64,000 nucleotides of DNA from an uncultured Luminiphilus sp. (GTDB lineage Bacteria; Pseudomonadota; Gammaproteobacteria; Pseudomonadales; Halieaceae). Each line of letters starts with the position of its first letter. Positions within the stretch are counted from its first letter, which is position 1. Shown here piece by piece: positions 21,116-31,041 of the stretch. The stretch is from the NCBI GenBank assembly GCA_943840615.1, contig CALSVI010000019.1, positions 6,362 to 70,361 on the forward strand, read 5' to 3'. A program made the translations under genes and the position numbers. The notes under the pieces were generated by a model that was given only the letters and a program-made list of their open reading frames with translations, did no database searches and was not told where the DNA came from.

Positions 21116-21606
21116 GTCAGATAGCGGTGGCCCTGGGGTCCAATATCGACGAGCCGCTCCAGCAGCTCTCCGGTGCCTATCAGCACTTGGTCCGCCACCC
21201 CGACATTACTCCCGTAGCCGCTTCACGGGTTTATCTGTCGCCACCCCACGGACCTCAGGACCAACCTGACTTTTATAACGCGGTCATTTCCCTCCAGTCA
21301 TCTCTGCCACCCGAGGCACTCCTTGCGGTGCTCCTGAGCACCGAGTGCGCTATGGGCCGACAGCGCAAAAGACACTGGGGCGAGCGTTGCATCGATCTGG
21401 ATTTGATCGCCTATGGCGCAGTGCAGCTGTCCACCAGAACACTGGTGCTACCGCACCCGCGGGCGCACGAGCGCAGATTTGTGCTGGATCCGTTAATCGA
21501 GGTGCTCGGCAGCGAATATGTATTGCCGGGCAGGGGGTCACTGCAATCACTGCAGCCGCGATGCGCGGAACAAGCGATTCGCGTATTGTGTGAATTCCCG
21601 AGATGA
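21112..21606 (+). CDS. folK: 2-amino-4-hydroxy-6-hydroxymethyldihydropteridine pyrophosphokinase
   Basis: ALGSN, QPDFYNAV, WGERCIDLDL, LPHPR..ERRFVL. Confidence 0.96.
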   Translation: MSQIAVALGSNIDEPLQQLSGAYQHLVRHPDITPVAASRVYLSPPHGPQDQPDFYNAVISLQSSLPPEALLAVLLSTECAMGRQRKRHWGERCIDLDLIAYGAVQLSTRTLVLPHPRAHERRFVLDPLIEVLGSEYVLPGRGSLQSLQPRCAEQAIRVLCEFPR

Positions 21607-22313
21607 TGACTGCCTCAGGAGAGATTGCGTTGCCCGAGCAAAATGCCTTATCCGGCCTCTCTTTGCGAGGACGCACGCTACCGACCTACATTGCGATTGA
21701 GGGACCCATCGGCGTTGGAAAAACCACGCTAGCCCGTCGCATTGCTGGCACCTTCGACTACGACCTACTGCTTGAAGAGGCTGAGGTGAACCCCTTCCTC
21801 GAACGCTTCTATCAGGATCGTCAACAGACCGCGCTCGCGACCCAGCTGTTTTTCCTATTTCAGCGAGTCCAGAAAATCACCGAGCTTAAGCAGCGGGATA
21901 TGTTTGATCAGGCTCGTGTCGCGGACTTTGTGCTCGAGAAAGATCCACTCTTCGCTAGAGTGAATCTGGATTTAGACGAATACGCGCTGTATCAGAAAGT
22001 CTTCGAAAAGATGCGCATCGATGCGCCTGTGCCAGATCTGGTGATTTACCTGCAGGCCAGCTCGGATCGGCTACTCGAACGCATTGAACGCCGCGGCATC
22101 GACGCCGAACGAGGGATTAATCGAGACTACCTTGAGCAACTCAACGAGGTGTACAGCGAGTTCTTTCTCCACTACGATTCAGCGCCTTTGCTCATCGTCA
22201 ATGCTAATGAGATTGACCTTGCACAGGGTGACAGGGATTATGAGCAGCTTGTTGACTACATGCTGAACATTAAAAATGGCCGGCACTACTTTAACCCCAC
22301 TTTTTTTAGCTGA
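21603..22313 (+). CDS. Deoxynucleoside kinase family protein
   Basis: IAIEGPIGVGKTT, NPFLERFY, QLFFLFQR, PDLVIYL. Confidence 0.92.
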   Translation: MMTASGEIALPEQNALSGLSLRGRTLPTYIAIEGPIGVGKTTLARRIAGTFDYDLLLEEAEVNPFLERFYQDRQQTALATQLFFLFQRVQKITELKQRDMFDQARVADFVLEKDPLFARVNLDLDEYALYQKVFEKMRIDAPVPDLVIYLQASSDRLLERIERRGIDAERGINRDYLEQLNEVYSEFFLHYDSAPLLIVNANEIDLAQGDRDYEQLVDYMLNIKNGRHYFNPTFFS

Positions 22314-22349
22314 AAACCAGCTCCTAATAAGCGGTAGGGAGTCGACACA

Positions 22350-23144
22350 ATGACAAAGCGCGTCACCATTAGTACCTTGGACAACATGAAGGCCTCTGGC
22401 GACAAGTTCGTCATGATTACGGCCTATGATGCGACTTTCGCAAAGCTTGCGAGCGAAGCGGGCGCTGACACCATTTTGGTGGGCGACTCGCTCGGCATGG
22501 TGCTGCAGGGCCACGACACAACCATCCCGGTGTCGCTGGATGCCATGGCCTACCACACGGAGTGCGTGGCGAGGGCTAGACCCCACTCCTTGATCGTGTC
22601 CGACTTGCCTTTTATGAGCTTCTCCAATGCGGACGACACGCTGCATGCCAGCACCCGCCTGATGCAGGCGGGCGCGCAAATGGTCAAGTTGGAAGGGGGC
22701 ACCTGGCTCAGTGACAGCATTCATCGACTGGTTGAGCGCGGCGTACCTGTCTGTGCGCATTTGGGGCTCACGCCGCAGTCGGTCAACGTTTTTGGCGGTT
22801 ACCGGGTGCAAGGACGGACGCCCAAAGAAGCGAAGTCCATTCTTGCCGATGCCGTGGAAATACAGGACGCCGGAGCCAGCCTGTTGGTGCTCGAATGTAT
22901 TCCCGCCGAGTTGGCTGCCGACATCTCATCAAAGCTCGATATTCCGGTCATCGGGATTGGAGCGGGTGGCGGCACCGACGCGCAGGTATTGGTCCTACAC
23001 GACATGCTGGGCATGACCGAAACGGCCCCCAAATTTGTTCAGAACTTTATGGAGGGCGCGCCCTCAATTCAGGCGGCATTAAAAGCCTTCGTCGATGCCG
23101 TGAAGTCCGGCGATTATCCCAAGGAAGAACATACCTACTCCTAG
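22350..23144 (+). CDS. panB: 3-methyl-2-oxobutanoate hydroxymethyltransferase
   Basis: [31 protein letters not shown]. Confidence 0.97.
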   Translation: MTKRVTISTLDNMKASGDKFVMITAYDATFAKLASEAGADTILVGDSLGMVLQGHDTTIPVSLDAMAYHTECVARARPHSLIVSDLPFMSFSNADDTLHASTRLMQAGAQMVKLEGGTWLSDSIHRLVERGVPVCAHLGLTPQSVNVFGGYRVQGRTPKEAKSILADAVEIQDAGASLLVLECIPAELAADISSKLDIPVIGIGAGGGTDAQVLVLHDMLGMTETAPKFVQNFMEGAPSIQAALKAFVDAVKSGDYPKEEHTYS

Positions 23145-23153
23145 GTACAGGCA

Positions 23154-24008
23154 ATGATTGTCGCCTCAACCCCCTCAGCCCTTAAAAAACAGCTCGCGGC
23201 ACTGCGAACGCCAAGCGCTGCCGTCTCCTTTGTTCCTACCATGGGCAATCTGCATGCCGGTCATTTGGCGCTAATGCAACAGGCCCGTCAGGGCGCGGAG
23301 ATTGTGGTCGCCTCTATTTTTGTGAACCCGATGCAGTTTGCCGCGAATGAAGATTTGGCCACCTACCCCCGCACCATGGAAGCGGATCTTGCCGCCCTGC
23401 GCGAGGCCGGCGTAGATATGGTGTTCACGCCCGACGTGGAAGACATTTACCCGGGAGGCAGCACCCTCCATACCGCTATTCATGTTCCCATTTTGGGCGA
23501 CTCACTCTGCGGCAAGGATCGCCCCGGACACTTTGACGGCGTCTGCACCGTGGTGTGCAAACTGTTTCAGATAGTGGAGCCCAATATCGCTGTTTTTGGT
23601 GAAAAAGATCTGCAGCAGCTACTGATCATTAAACAAATGGTCACTGATTTGGGTTTGTCGGTCGATGTGCAACACGGCCCTACCCAGCGCGCTGAAGACG
23701 GTCTCGCGCTGAGCTCTCGCAACCAGTATCTGTCTGACGCTGAACGCGCGCTGGCACCCTTACTTTGGCAAACCCTGCAGGATTGTGCGCAGGCACTCAG
23801 CGCACCTGAAATCAGCGAGGCCGGACGCGTGCTAACCCCGGCCCGTGACGCGCTTCAGCGCGCCGGTTTTGCCGTCGATTATCTGGAGCTGCGCGCACTT
23901 TCGGCTTTAAACCTCATCAACCACGTGACAGAAGACTGCGCCCTGTTTGTCGCCGCGCGCCTCGGTCATACCCGGCTTATCGACAACGTTCAGATTCTAG
24001 TCCCCTAA
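23154..24008 (+). CDS. panC: Pantoate-beta-alanine ligase
   Basis: VPTMGNLHAGH, RPGHFDGV, FGEKDLQQ, GLALSSRN, RLIDN. Confidence 0.97.
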   Translation: MIVASTPSALKKQLAALRTPSAAVSFVPTMGNLHAGHLALMQQARQGAEIVVASIFVNPMQFAANEDLATYPRTMEADLAALREAGVDMVFTPDVEDIYPGGSTLHTAIHVPILGDSLCGKDRPGHFDGVCTVVCKLFQIVEPNIAVFGEKDLQQLLIIKQMVTDLGLSVDVQHGPTQRAEDGLALSSRNQYLSDAERALAPLLWQTLQDCAQALSAPEISEAGRVLTPARDALQRAGFAVDYLELRALSALNLINHVTEDCALFVAARLGHTRLIDNVQILVP

Positions 24009-25729
24009 ATCGATCGGGGTGACACCGGTATCCGAATTTCCTCAACCAATTGCCGGACCGATTCGGGGGGCGGTGCCGTCAGTCGACTGACGAACAGACT
24101 CACCGTGAAGTTCACCAGCGCCCCCACCACACCAAATGCGTTCGGCTCGATGCCAAAGAACCAGTTTGGTGGCCAATCACCGAGGAAGCCGGTTCCTGGA
24201 ATGAACATAATGCCCTTATGCTGGAAGACATAAGCCAGCGTCACACCAATGCCCGAAAGCATGCCCAAAATGGCACCCTCTCGAGTGACTCGCTTGGAAA
24301 AAATACCCAGCAGTAGCGCCGGAAAAAGTGAGGCGGCCGCGAGCCCGAAGGCCAAGGCCACCGTGCCCGCCGCAAAGCCGGGGGGATTCAGACCGAGATA
24401 ACCCGCACCCAGGACCGCCACGGCCATCGCAAGACGCGAGGCCATCAGTTCCTGACGCTCGGAGATATCGGGCATTAACGTCCGCTTGAGAAGATCGTGC
24501 GAAATCGCCGATGAGATTGCCAACAAAAGTCCCGCTGCCGTCGAGAGTGCCGCCGCCAACCCCCCGGCTGCCACCAGCGCGATGACCCAGTTGGGTAAGT
24601 TCGCGATCTCCGGGTTGGCCAGCACAAGGATGTCGTTATCCAACTTCACGAGTTCGTTGGTCTCAGGGTCAGCCGAGTACTGAATCAAACCATCACCGTT
24701 TTTGTCATCAATACCGAGCAGTCCGGTTTGCTCCCAGTTTTTAAACCAGGCCGGACGCTCCTCAATAGCCAGATGCTGGCCGGGCTCTGGCGCCAGCGTT
24801 TGCATAATATTGAGGCGCGCCATCGCTGCCACTGCCGGCGCCGTGGTGTAAAGAACGGCGATAAAGAGTAGCGCCCATCCTGCGGACGCTCTGGCAGCAC
24901 GCACCGTCGGAACGGTAAAAAAGCGAATGATGACATGGGGCAATCCGGCTGTGCCAATCATCAGTGACGCCGTAAACGCAGCCATATTCAGCGTGCTGCC
25001 GCGGACCGAGGTGGTGTATTCCTGAAAGCCCAGATCTAACAGGGTTTGATCAAGCTTTTGCAATAAATAGCTGCCGTCAGCGAGAGTAGAACCCAGTCCC
25101 AATTGCGGGATTGGTTGCCCCGTAAGCTGCAAGCTAATAAAGATGGCCGGCACGGTGTAGGCGAAAATCAGCACACAGAACTGTGCGATCTGGGTGTAAG
25201 TAATACCTTTCATTCCTCCGAGCACGGCATAAAAGAATACGATGAACATGCCTGAAAACAGACCGGTCTCGTAGTCCGTCTCGAGAAAGCGCGAAAACGC
25301 CACGCCAATGCCTTTCATCTGGCCAATCACATAGGTGACCGAGCAGATAATCAGACAAATCACGGCCACCACGCGCGCCGCATCCGAGTAGTAACGATCA
25401 CCGATAAATTCGGGCACCGTGAACTTTCCGTACTTTCTCAGATAGGGCGCGATGAGCATCGCCAGAATCACATAGCCGCCCGTCCAACCCATGAGGAAAA
25501 CAGAGCCGCCATAGCCGTTGTAAGAGAGACCAATGAGTCCTGCCATGGAAATAAATGACGCCGCAGACATCCAGTCAGCGGCGGTCGCCATGCCATTAGC
25601 GACAGGATGGATCCCCTTCCCGGCGACGTAGAACTCCTGAGTCGTGCCGGCACGGGACCGGATAGCAATCAAGATATACAGCGCGAAGGAAGCGCCCACG
25701 ACCCAGTATGTTGTCTCAGTCAGGCTCAT
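24005..25729 (-). CDS. Sodium:solute symporter, cation/acetate permease (ActP-like)
   Basis: NGMATAADWMSAASF, GGMKGITYTQ, GTAGLPHVIIRFFTVP; divergent from acs. Confidence 0.9.
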   Translation of the reverse strand: MSLTETTYWVVGASFALYILIAIRSRAGTTQEFYVAGKGIHPVANGMATAADWMSAASFISMAGLIGLSYNGYGGSVFLMGWTGGYVILAMLIAPYLRKYGKFTVPEFIGDRYYSDAARVVAVICLIICSVTYVIGQMKGIGVAFSRFLETDYETGLFSGMFIVFFYAVLGGMKGITYTQIAQFCVLIFAYTVPAIFISLQLTGQPIPQLGLGSTLADGSYLLQKLDQTLLDLGFQEYTTSVRGSTLNMAAFTASLMIGTAGLPHVIIRFFTVPTVRAARASAGWALLFIAVLYTTAPAVAAMARLNIMQTLAPEPGQHLAIEERPAWFKNWEQTGLLGIDDKNGDGLIQYSADPETNELVKLDNDILVLANPEIANLPNWVIALVAAGGLAAALSTAAGLLLAISSAISHDLLKRTLMPDISERQELMASRLAMAVAVLGAGYLGLNPPGFAAGTVALAFGLAAASLFPALLLGIFSKRVTREGAILGMLSGIGVTLAYVFQHKGIMFIPGTGFLGDWPPNWFFGIEPNAFGVVGALVNFTVSLFVSRLTAPPPESVRQLVEEIRIPVSPRSI

Positions 25730-26001
25730 GCCTCGGGTTCCTCAAGGCCCAGGCGCTTTTCCAGTCGCGCCATGACTCTGGCGTAAATAAAAGTCAATAT
25801 GATAAAAGCGTAGATCGCTCCCTGCTGGGCAAACCAGAACCCCAACTTGAACCCGCCCAACCGGACCTGATTCAGCGGCTCCACCCACAACACACCGCAC
25901 CCCAAACTGACCACAAACCAGATGCTGCCTAAAATCAGCATCCAGCGGCAGTTCTCCCGCCAATAGGTGCGGCGAATTGTTTCAGCGTCAGAAAGAGCCA
26001 T
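25726..26001 (-). CDS. DUF4212-type small membrane partner of the symporter
   Basis: YWREN, GGFKLGFWFAQQG; start at MALSD after GAGG; overlaps the symporter start. Confidence 0.88.
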   Translation of the reverse strand: MALSDAETIRRTYWRENCRWMLILGSIWFVVSLGCGVLWVEPLNQVRLGGFKLGFWFAQQGAIYAFIILTFIYARVMARLEKRLGLEEPEA

Positions 26002-26222
26002 ACCCTCTTCTCGGTTGATTACGGTTACGTATGCACGATGACCAACGCCGTCAATCGGTATCAACCGCGTTGTCTGCTCTGTTCTATGGGCTACAGTCAC
26101 TCAGGCCCAAAGGAATACCGACTGTAGCATCTTGGGCAGCCTCCATAGCACCGGTATCGAGGCTTGTTGTGCGGTACAGGGTCGCCTAACATCGTCGCCT
26201 CTCGCTGAATCGGACTGATTTG

Positions 26223-28154
26223 ATGACTGCCTCACGTTCCTATCCCATCCCCAATAGCTTTAGTGATGCGCATGTCACACCGGAGCGCTACGAGGCGCTT
26301 TATCAGCAGTCGCTTGAGGACCCCACAGCATTTTGGTCGGAGCAGGCAACGCTGCTTGATTGGCATACCCCGTGGAATGAGGTGTCCAATACGGACATCA
26401 GCACTGGAACTGCTCACTGGTTCGTCGGCGCTCGACTTAATGTCTCGGTGAATTGCATTGACAGACATCTGCCGCAGCGCGCCAACGATACCGCCATCAT
26501 TTGGGAAGGAGACAACCCCGACGATAGCCAGTCCTTCACTTATCAAGAGCTGAAAGACCACGTCTGCCGTTTTGCCAACGTTCTGAAAGATCGCGGGGTG
26601 GGCAAGGGCGACCGGGTCTGTATTTACATGCCCATGATCCCCGAAGCGGCATTCGCGATGCTGGCCTGCGCTCGCATTGGTGCTGTTCACTCTGTGGTGT
26701 TTGGCGGCTTCTCTCCCGAAGCCCTGAAGGACAGGATAAATGATGCGGCCTGCAGATTAGTCATCACTGCCGACGAAGGTGTCCGCGCTGGCAAAACCGT
26801 CCCCTTAAAACGCAACGTGGATAAAGCACTGGAGCACGTCAGTTGTGTCGATAGCGTCGTCGTCGTTCGCCGGACAGGTTCAGAGATCCCGTGGCTAGCA
26901 GCGCGTGATGTCTGGTATCACGAGGCAGTTGCGTCAGCCAGCGACAGTTGCGAACCGGAGTGGATGGATAGCGAGGATCCGCTTTTCATTCTGTACACCT
27001 CTGGCTCTACCGGAAAGCCTAAAGGCGTCTTGCACACCACTGCCGGCTACCTCCTTCAAGCTGCCATGTCGATGAAATACGTTTTCGATTATCGGGAAGG
27101 AGAGACCTACTGGTGCACTGCCGATGTCGGCTGGGTCACAGGCCACACTTACATTGTCTATGGGCCTCTCGCCATTGGCGCCCGCACCCTGATGTTTGAA
27201 GGCGTCCCGACCTACCCGGAAGGAGACCGCTTTTGGCGGGTCATTGCCAAGCATCAGGTCAATCTCTTTTTTACTGCCCCCACAGCCATTCGCGCGCTGC
27301 ACGGTCTGGGGGATGAGCTGGTAACACGCCACGACCGCCGTTCGCTTCGCATCATCGGATCGGTTGGCGAACCCATCAACCCCGAGGCATGGGAGTGGTA
27401 TCACCGTGTGGTCGGAGACGGCAGATGTCCTATCGTCGACACGTGGTGGCAGACCGAGACAGGTGGCGTCATGATCACGCCGCTTCCCGGCGCCCACGCC
27501 CTCAAGCCGGGGTTCGCAAGCTTTCCCTTTTTCGGGGTGGAGCCCGCACTGCTGGATGAAGAGGGGCGAGAGATACAGGGTGCGGGTGCGGGCTACCTGG
27601 TGATCAAACGATCTTGGCCCGCTCAGATTCGAACCGTTTATGGCGATCATCAACGCATGATCGACACATATTTCTCTACCTATCCGGGCTACTACTTCAC
27701 GGGTGACGGAGCGTTACGGGATGAGGACGGGTATCTGCGCATCACCGGTCGCGTCGATGACGTGCTCAACGTGTCAGGTCATCGAATGGGCACTGCCGAG
27801 GTAGAGAGCGCTCTGGTGCTCCATCAAGACATCGCGGAAGCGGCCGTGGTGGGTTTTCCCCACGACATCAAGGGTCAGGGAATTTACGCCTACGTGACAC
27901 CGATGAACGGGGTAGAGGACACAGAGTCGCTGCGCGCGGAGTTAATCGCGCTTTGCGTACAGGAAATTGGCGCCATCGCGAAGCCGGACCGCATTCAGTG
28001 GGCGCCAGGGCTCCCCAAGACGCGATCTGGCAAGATCATGCGCCGAATTTTACGTAAAATCGCCGAAAATGAGCTAAATAGCCTGGGCGACACTTCGACC
28101 TTAGCTGACCCTTCAGTGGTTGATGACTTGGTCGCGAGTCGAGTCGAAAACTAG
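26223..28154 (+). CDS. acs: Acetyl-CoA synthetase
   Basis: [42 protein letters not shown]. Confidence 0.97.
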   Translation: MTASRSYPIPNSFSDAHVTPERYEALYQQSLEDPTAFWSEQATLLDWHTPWNEVSNTDISTGTAHWFVGARLNVSVNCIDRHLPQRANDTAIIWEGDNPDDSQSFTYQELKDHVCRFANVLKDRGVGKGDRVCIYMPMIPEAAFAMLACARIGAVHSVVFGGFSPEALKDRINDAACRLVITADEGVRAGKTVPLKRNVDKALEHVSCVDSVVVVRRTGSEIPWLAARDVWYHEAVASASDSCEPEWMDSEDPLFILYTSGSTGKPKGVLHTTAGYLLQAAMSMKYVFDYREGETYWCTADVGWVTGHTYIVYGPLAIGARTLMFEGVPTYPEGDRFWRVIAKHQVNLFFTAPTAIRALHGLGDELVTRHDRRSLRIIGSVGEPINPEAWEWYHRVVGDGRCPIVDTWWQTETGGVMITPLPGAHALKPGFASFPFFGVEPALLDEEGREIQGAGAGYLVIKRSWPAQIRTVYGDHQRMIDTYFSTYPGYYFTGDGALRDEDGYLRITGRVDDVLNVSGHRMGTAEVESALVLHQDIAEAAVVGFPHDIKGQGIYAYVTPMNGVEDTESLRAELIALCVQEIGAIAKPDRIQWAPGLPKTRSGKIMRRILRKIAENELNSLGDTSTLADPSVVDDLVASRVEN

Positions 28155-28410
28155 GGCACTATCGATGTTGGACTGTCAACCCTAGCGCCCCGCTCGCAAA
28201 GTTCAATTATTTACGTTTTCCTCAACAGCTTTTGGTCTGAGCTCAATTATACTGCCGCCCGGCGGAGCGTCAGCTGCGCCAATACCAGTAAAACTGTGGT
28301 GATCAGGTGGCTAGATCCAGCGGGGTAATCCCCGGTGGCGTTTGCCCTCTCGATTATTGTTATTACCACTGATTATTGTATTCGATGTTTTTTAAACCAC
28401 GGAGAACCCA

Positions 28411-30945
28411 ATGAGATTTCCCATCCGCACACTCGCTGTTGCTGTGGCAACTGCACTGCTCGTGCCGATTCATGCGACCATCGCTCAGGATGAAAACCTG
28501 ACAGAAGAAGTCGTGGTTATCGGTACCCGCACCGAGGGGCGCTCTGCCCTAGACTCACCTGCACCGGTCGATGTGATCGGCGGTGAGACCATGAGCAATC
28601 AAGGCGATACGGACATGAGCAACTTGCTCCGTAACGTCGTCCCCTCCTACAACGTAAATGACCAGCCAATCAGCGACGCGGCAACTCTGGTAAGACCCGC
28701 GAACCTCCGAGGCCTGGCGCCCGACCACACGCTAATGTTGGTTAACGGGAAGCGCCGGCATCGCGCATCGGTCATTACTTGGCTGGGTAACGGTATTTCA
28801 AACGGCTCTCAAGGCCCTGACGCGGCGGCAATCCCCGGAGCAGCGCTAAAGCGCATCGAAGTGCTTCGCGATGGCGCTTCTGCCCAGTACGGCTCTGACG
28901 CCATTGCCGGCGTAATGAACTTCGTCCTGAACGACGCCTCCGAAGGCGGTTCGCTCGAAGTTCGCTACGGCGAATACAAAGAAGGCGACGGCGAGCAGGT
29001 CACGATTGCAGGCAACATTGGCCTGCCTTTGGGCGACTCAGGCTTCCTGAACTTGACTGCCGAGTGGGGCGAGTCCGACCCGACCAGCCGTTCGGAGCAG
29101 CGCGCCGACGCGCAAGGCCTGATCGACGATGGATACCAAGGTGTGCCGGCACCCGCCATGATCTGGGGTCGACCCATTGTGAACGACGACATGAAGCTCT
29201 GGGCCAACTTTGGCGTTGACCTGAGTGACACGCTTGAGCTGTATGGCCACGCCAACTACAACAGCAAAGAGGTCGATGGTGGCTTCTTCTTCCGTAACCC
29301 TACTAACCGCGGTGCGGTTTATAGTGGAGACGGTGGTGAGACCCTGCTGATCGGTGACCTGGCCCCCAACGATGGCGTTGCCTGCCCAGTTGTCGCAATG
29401 AATGGCAACATTCCGGACGCCGACGCCTTTGCCGCGGTGCAAGCTGACCCCAATTGTTTCAGCTTCCAGGAAACCATCACGGGCGGCTTTACGCCGCGAT
29501 TTGGTGGCGACGTCTCTGACATGTCCTTCCTGCTCGGTCTGCGTGGCGAAATCAATGAAAGCCTTCGTTGGGACGTGAGCGCTTATCTTGGTGAGCACGA
29601 AGCTGACTTCTTCATCAATAACACGGTGAATGCGAGTCTTGGCCCAGATACGCCGCGGGACTTTGATCCCGGTCTCTATAAGCAGACTGACACCAACTTC
29701 AACGCCGACCTCAGCTGGACCGTCTCCGATACCCTGAACATCGGTTTTGGTGGTGAGTTCCGTAACGAAGAGTTCGAAATTGGTCCGGGTCAGGTCGAGT
29801 CCTACACTGCTGGGCCTCTGGCAGATCAGGGCTTCAGCACCTCATCCAACGGTTTCCCTGGCTTCCCCGCCGCAACCTCCGGCACGTTCGAGCGCGAAAA
29901 CTATGCGGTCTACGTTGACGCAGAGTGGACCCCGACGGACAGTCTGGTGACACAGGGTGCCATGCGTTTTGAGGACTTTGACGGCTTCGGTAGCACCACC
30001 AACTTCAAGGTCGGTGCGAACTGGGCGATCACGGATAACTTTGGCGTGCGCTCTACCTACAGCACAGGCTTCAAGGCTCCGACCCCCGGTCAGTCCAACG
30101 CGTCGAACACCTCGACCGAGTTGACCAACGTTAACGGTGTGCCAACACTGATCAACAACGGCACCATTCCAGCGACGAATCCGGTCGCTCTGGCGTTTGG
30201 TGGGCGAGAGCTGGACCCTGAAGAGTCCACCAACTTCACTGCCGGCCTGTATGCCACGCTGGGCAACTTTGAGATCACTGTCGATTACTACGACATTGAC
30301 GTTGAAGATCGCATCAACCTGTCCTCTGAGGTCAAGCTGACTCAGGAGCAGATTGACCAGCTAGTCGCGGACAATGTCCCCGGTGCTGGCGACCTCACTC
30401 AGTTCCGGTTCTTTACCAACGACTTTGACACCAACACCCATGGTGTGGATGTTGTGGTATCGACCTATACCGAGTGGCTGGGCGGTACGACCGACTGGAA
30501 TCTCGCCTACAACAACAACCGAACGGAAGTGGAGAAGTTCAACCCTGAGACGATCGGCCCGGGCCGTATCCGACAGATCGAGCAGACCACGCCCGAGACT
30601 CGCTGGAACCTCTCTGGGAATCACACGGTCGGCAACTTCCGCGTCCTCGCTCGCTTGAGCTTCTACGACGAGTGGTACGACAGCTTCGAGAACGACGTAT
30701 TCGGCACCGACGCTGTCTTTGACAGCGAGTATTTGATCGACCTTGAGGTCGAGTACATGATCGGTGACCACTCGAGCATTCTCATCGGTGGTAACAACAT
30801 TACCGACAACAGCGGTCAGAAAGCGACTGACGTCAACAATCTTGGCTTCAATAGCGCAACCATTCTCGGTAACACTTACAGCCAGTACTCACCCTTTGGT
30901 ATCAGCGGTGCTTTCTGGTACGCACGCTACCGCTACAATTTCTAA
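28411..30945 (+). CDS. TonB-dependent outer-membrane receptor
   Basis: Signal peptide, TonB box EEVVVIG, plug motifs LRGL..DHTLMLVNGKR and IEVLRDGASAQYGSDAIAGV, C-terminal YRYNF. Confidence 0.95.
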   Translation: MRFPIRTLAVAVATALLVPIHATIAQDENLTEEVVVIGTRTEGRSALDSPAPVDVIGGETMSNQGDTDMSNLLRNVVPSYNVNDQPISDAATLVRPANLRGLAPDHTLMLVNGKRRHRASVITWLGNGISNGSQGPDAAAIPGAALKRIEVLRDGASAQYGSDAIAGVMNFVLNDASEGGSLEVRYGEYKEGDGEQVTIAGNIGLPLGDSGFLNLTAEWGESDPTSRSEQRADAQGLIDDGYQGVPAPAMIWGRPIVNDDMKLWANFGVDLSDTLELYGHANYNSKEVDGGFFFRNPTNRGAVYSGDGGETLLIGDLAPNDGVACPVVAMNGNIPDADAFAAVQADPNCFSFQETITGGFTPRFGGDVSDMSFLLGLRGEINESLRWDVSAYLGEHEADFFINNTVNASLGPDTPRDFDPGLYKQTDTNFNADLSWTVSDTLNIGFGGEFRNEEFEIGPGQVESYTAGPLADQGFSTSSNGFPGFPAATSGTFERENYAVYVDAEWTPTDSLVTQGAMRFEDFDGFGSTTNFKVGANWAITDNFGVRSTYSTGFKAPTPGQSNASNTSTELTNVNGVPTLINNGTIPATNPVALAFGGRELDPEESTNFTAGLYATLGNFEITVDYYDIDVEDRINLSSEVKLTQEQIDQLVADNVPGAGDLTQFRFFTNDFDTNTHGVDVVVSTYTEWLGGTTDWNLAYNNNRTEVEKFNPETIGPGRIRQIEQTTPETRWNLSGNHTVGNFRVLARLSFYDEWYDSFENDVFGTDAVFDSEYLIDLEVEYMIGDHSSILIGGNNITDNSGQKATDVNNLGFNSATILGNTYSQYSPFGISGAFWYARYRYNF

Positions 30946-30967
30946 GTCGTAGCGACTGCAGACTACA

Positions 30968-30992
30968 AGGGGGGCTTCGGCCCCCCTTTTTA
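30968..30992 (+). terminator. Intrinsic terminator
   Basis: AAGGGGGGC-TTCG-GCCCCCCTTTTT. Confidence 0.9.
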
Positions 30993-31041
30993 TTACTTAA
31001 AATAAGCCTTACGCTCGACGCTTCATTGCAGAGGAACCTTC

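Noticed and set aside
24005-25729. Symporter as the displaced SLC5 part of CbrA
   Set aside because: Motifs, the small DUF4212 partner and linkage to acs indicate an acetate-permease-type transporter; no kinase domain.
28240-28350. Cobalamin or TPP riboswitch before the TonB receptor
   Set aside because: I could not find the B12-box or the TPP CUGAGA core in a matching structural context.
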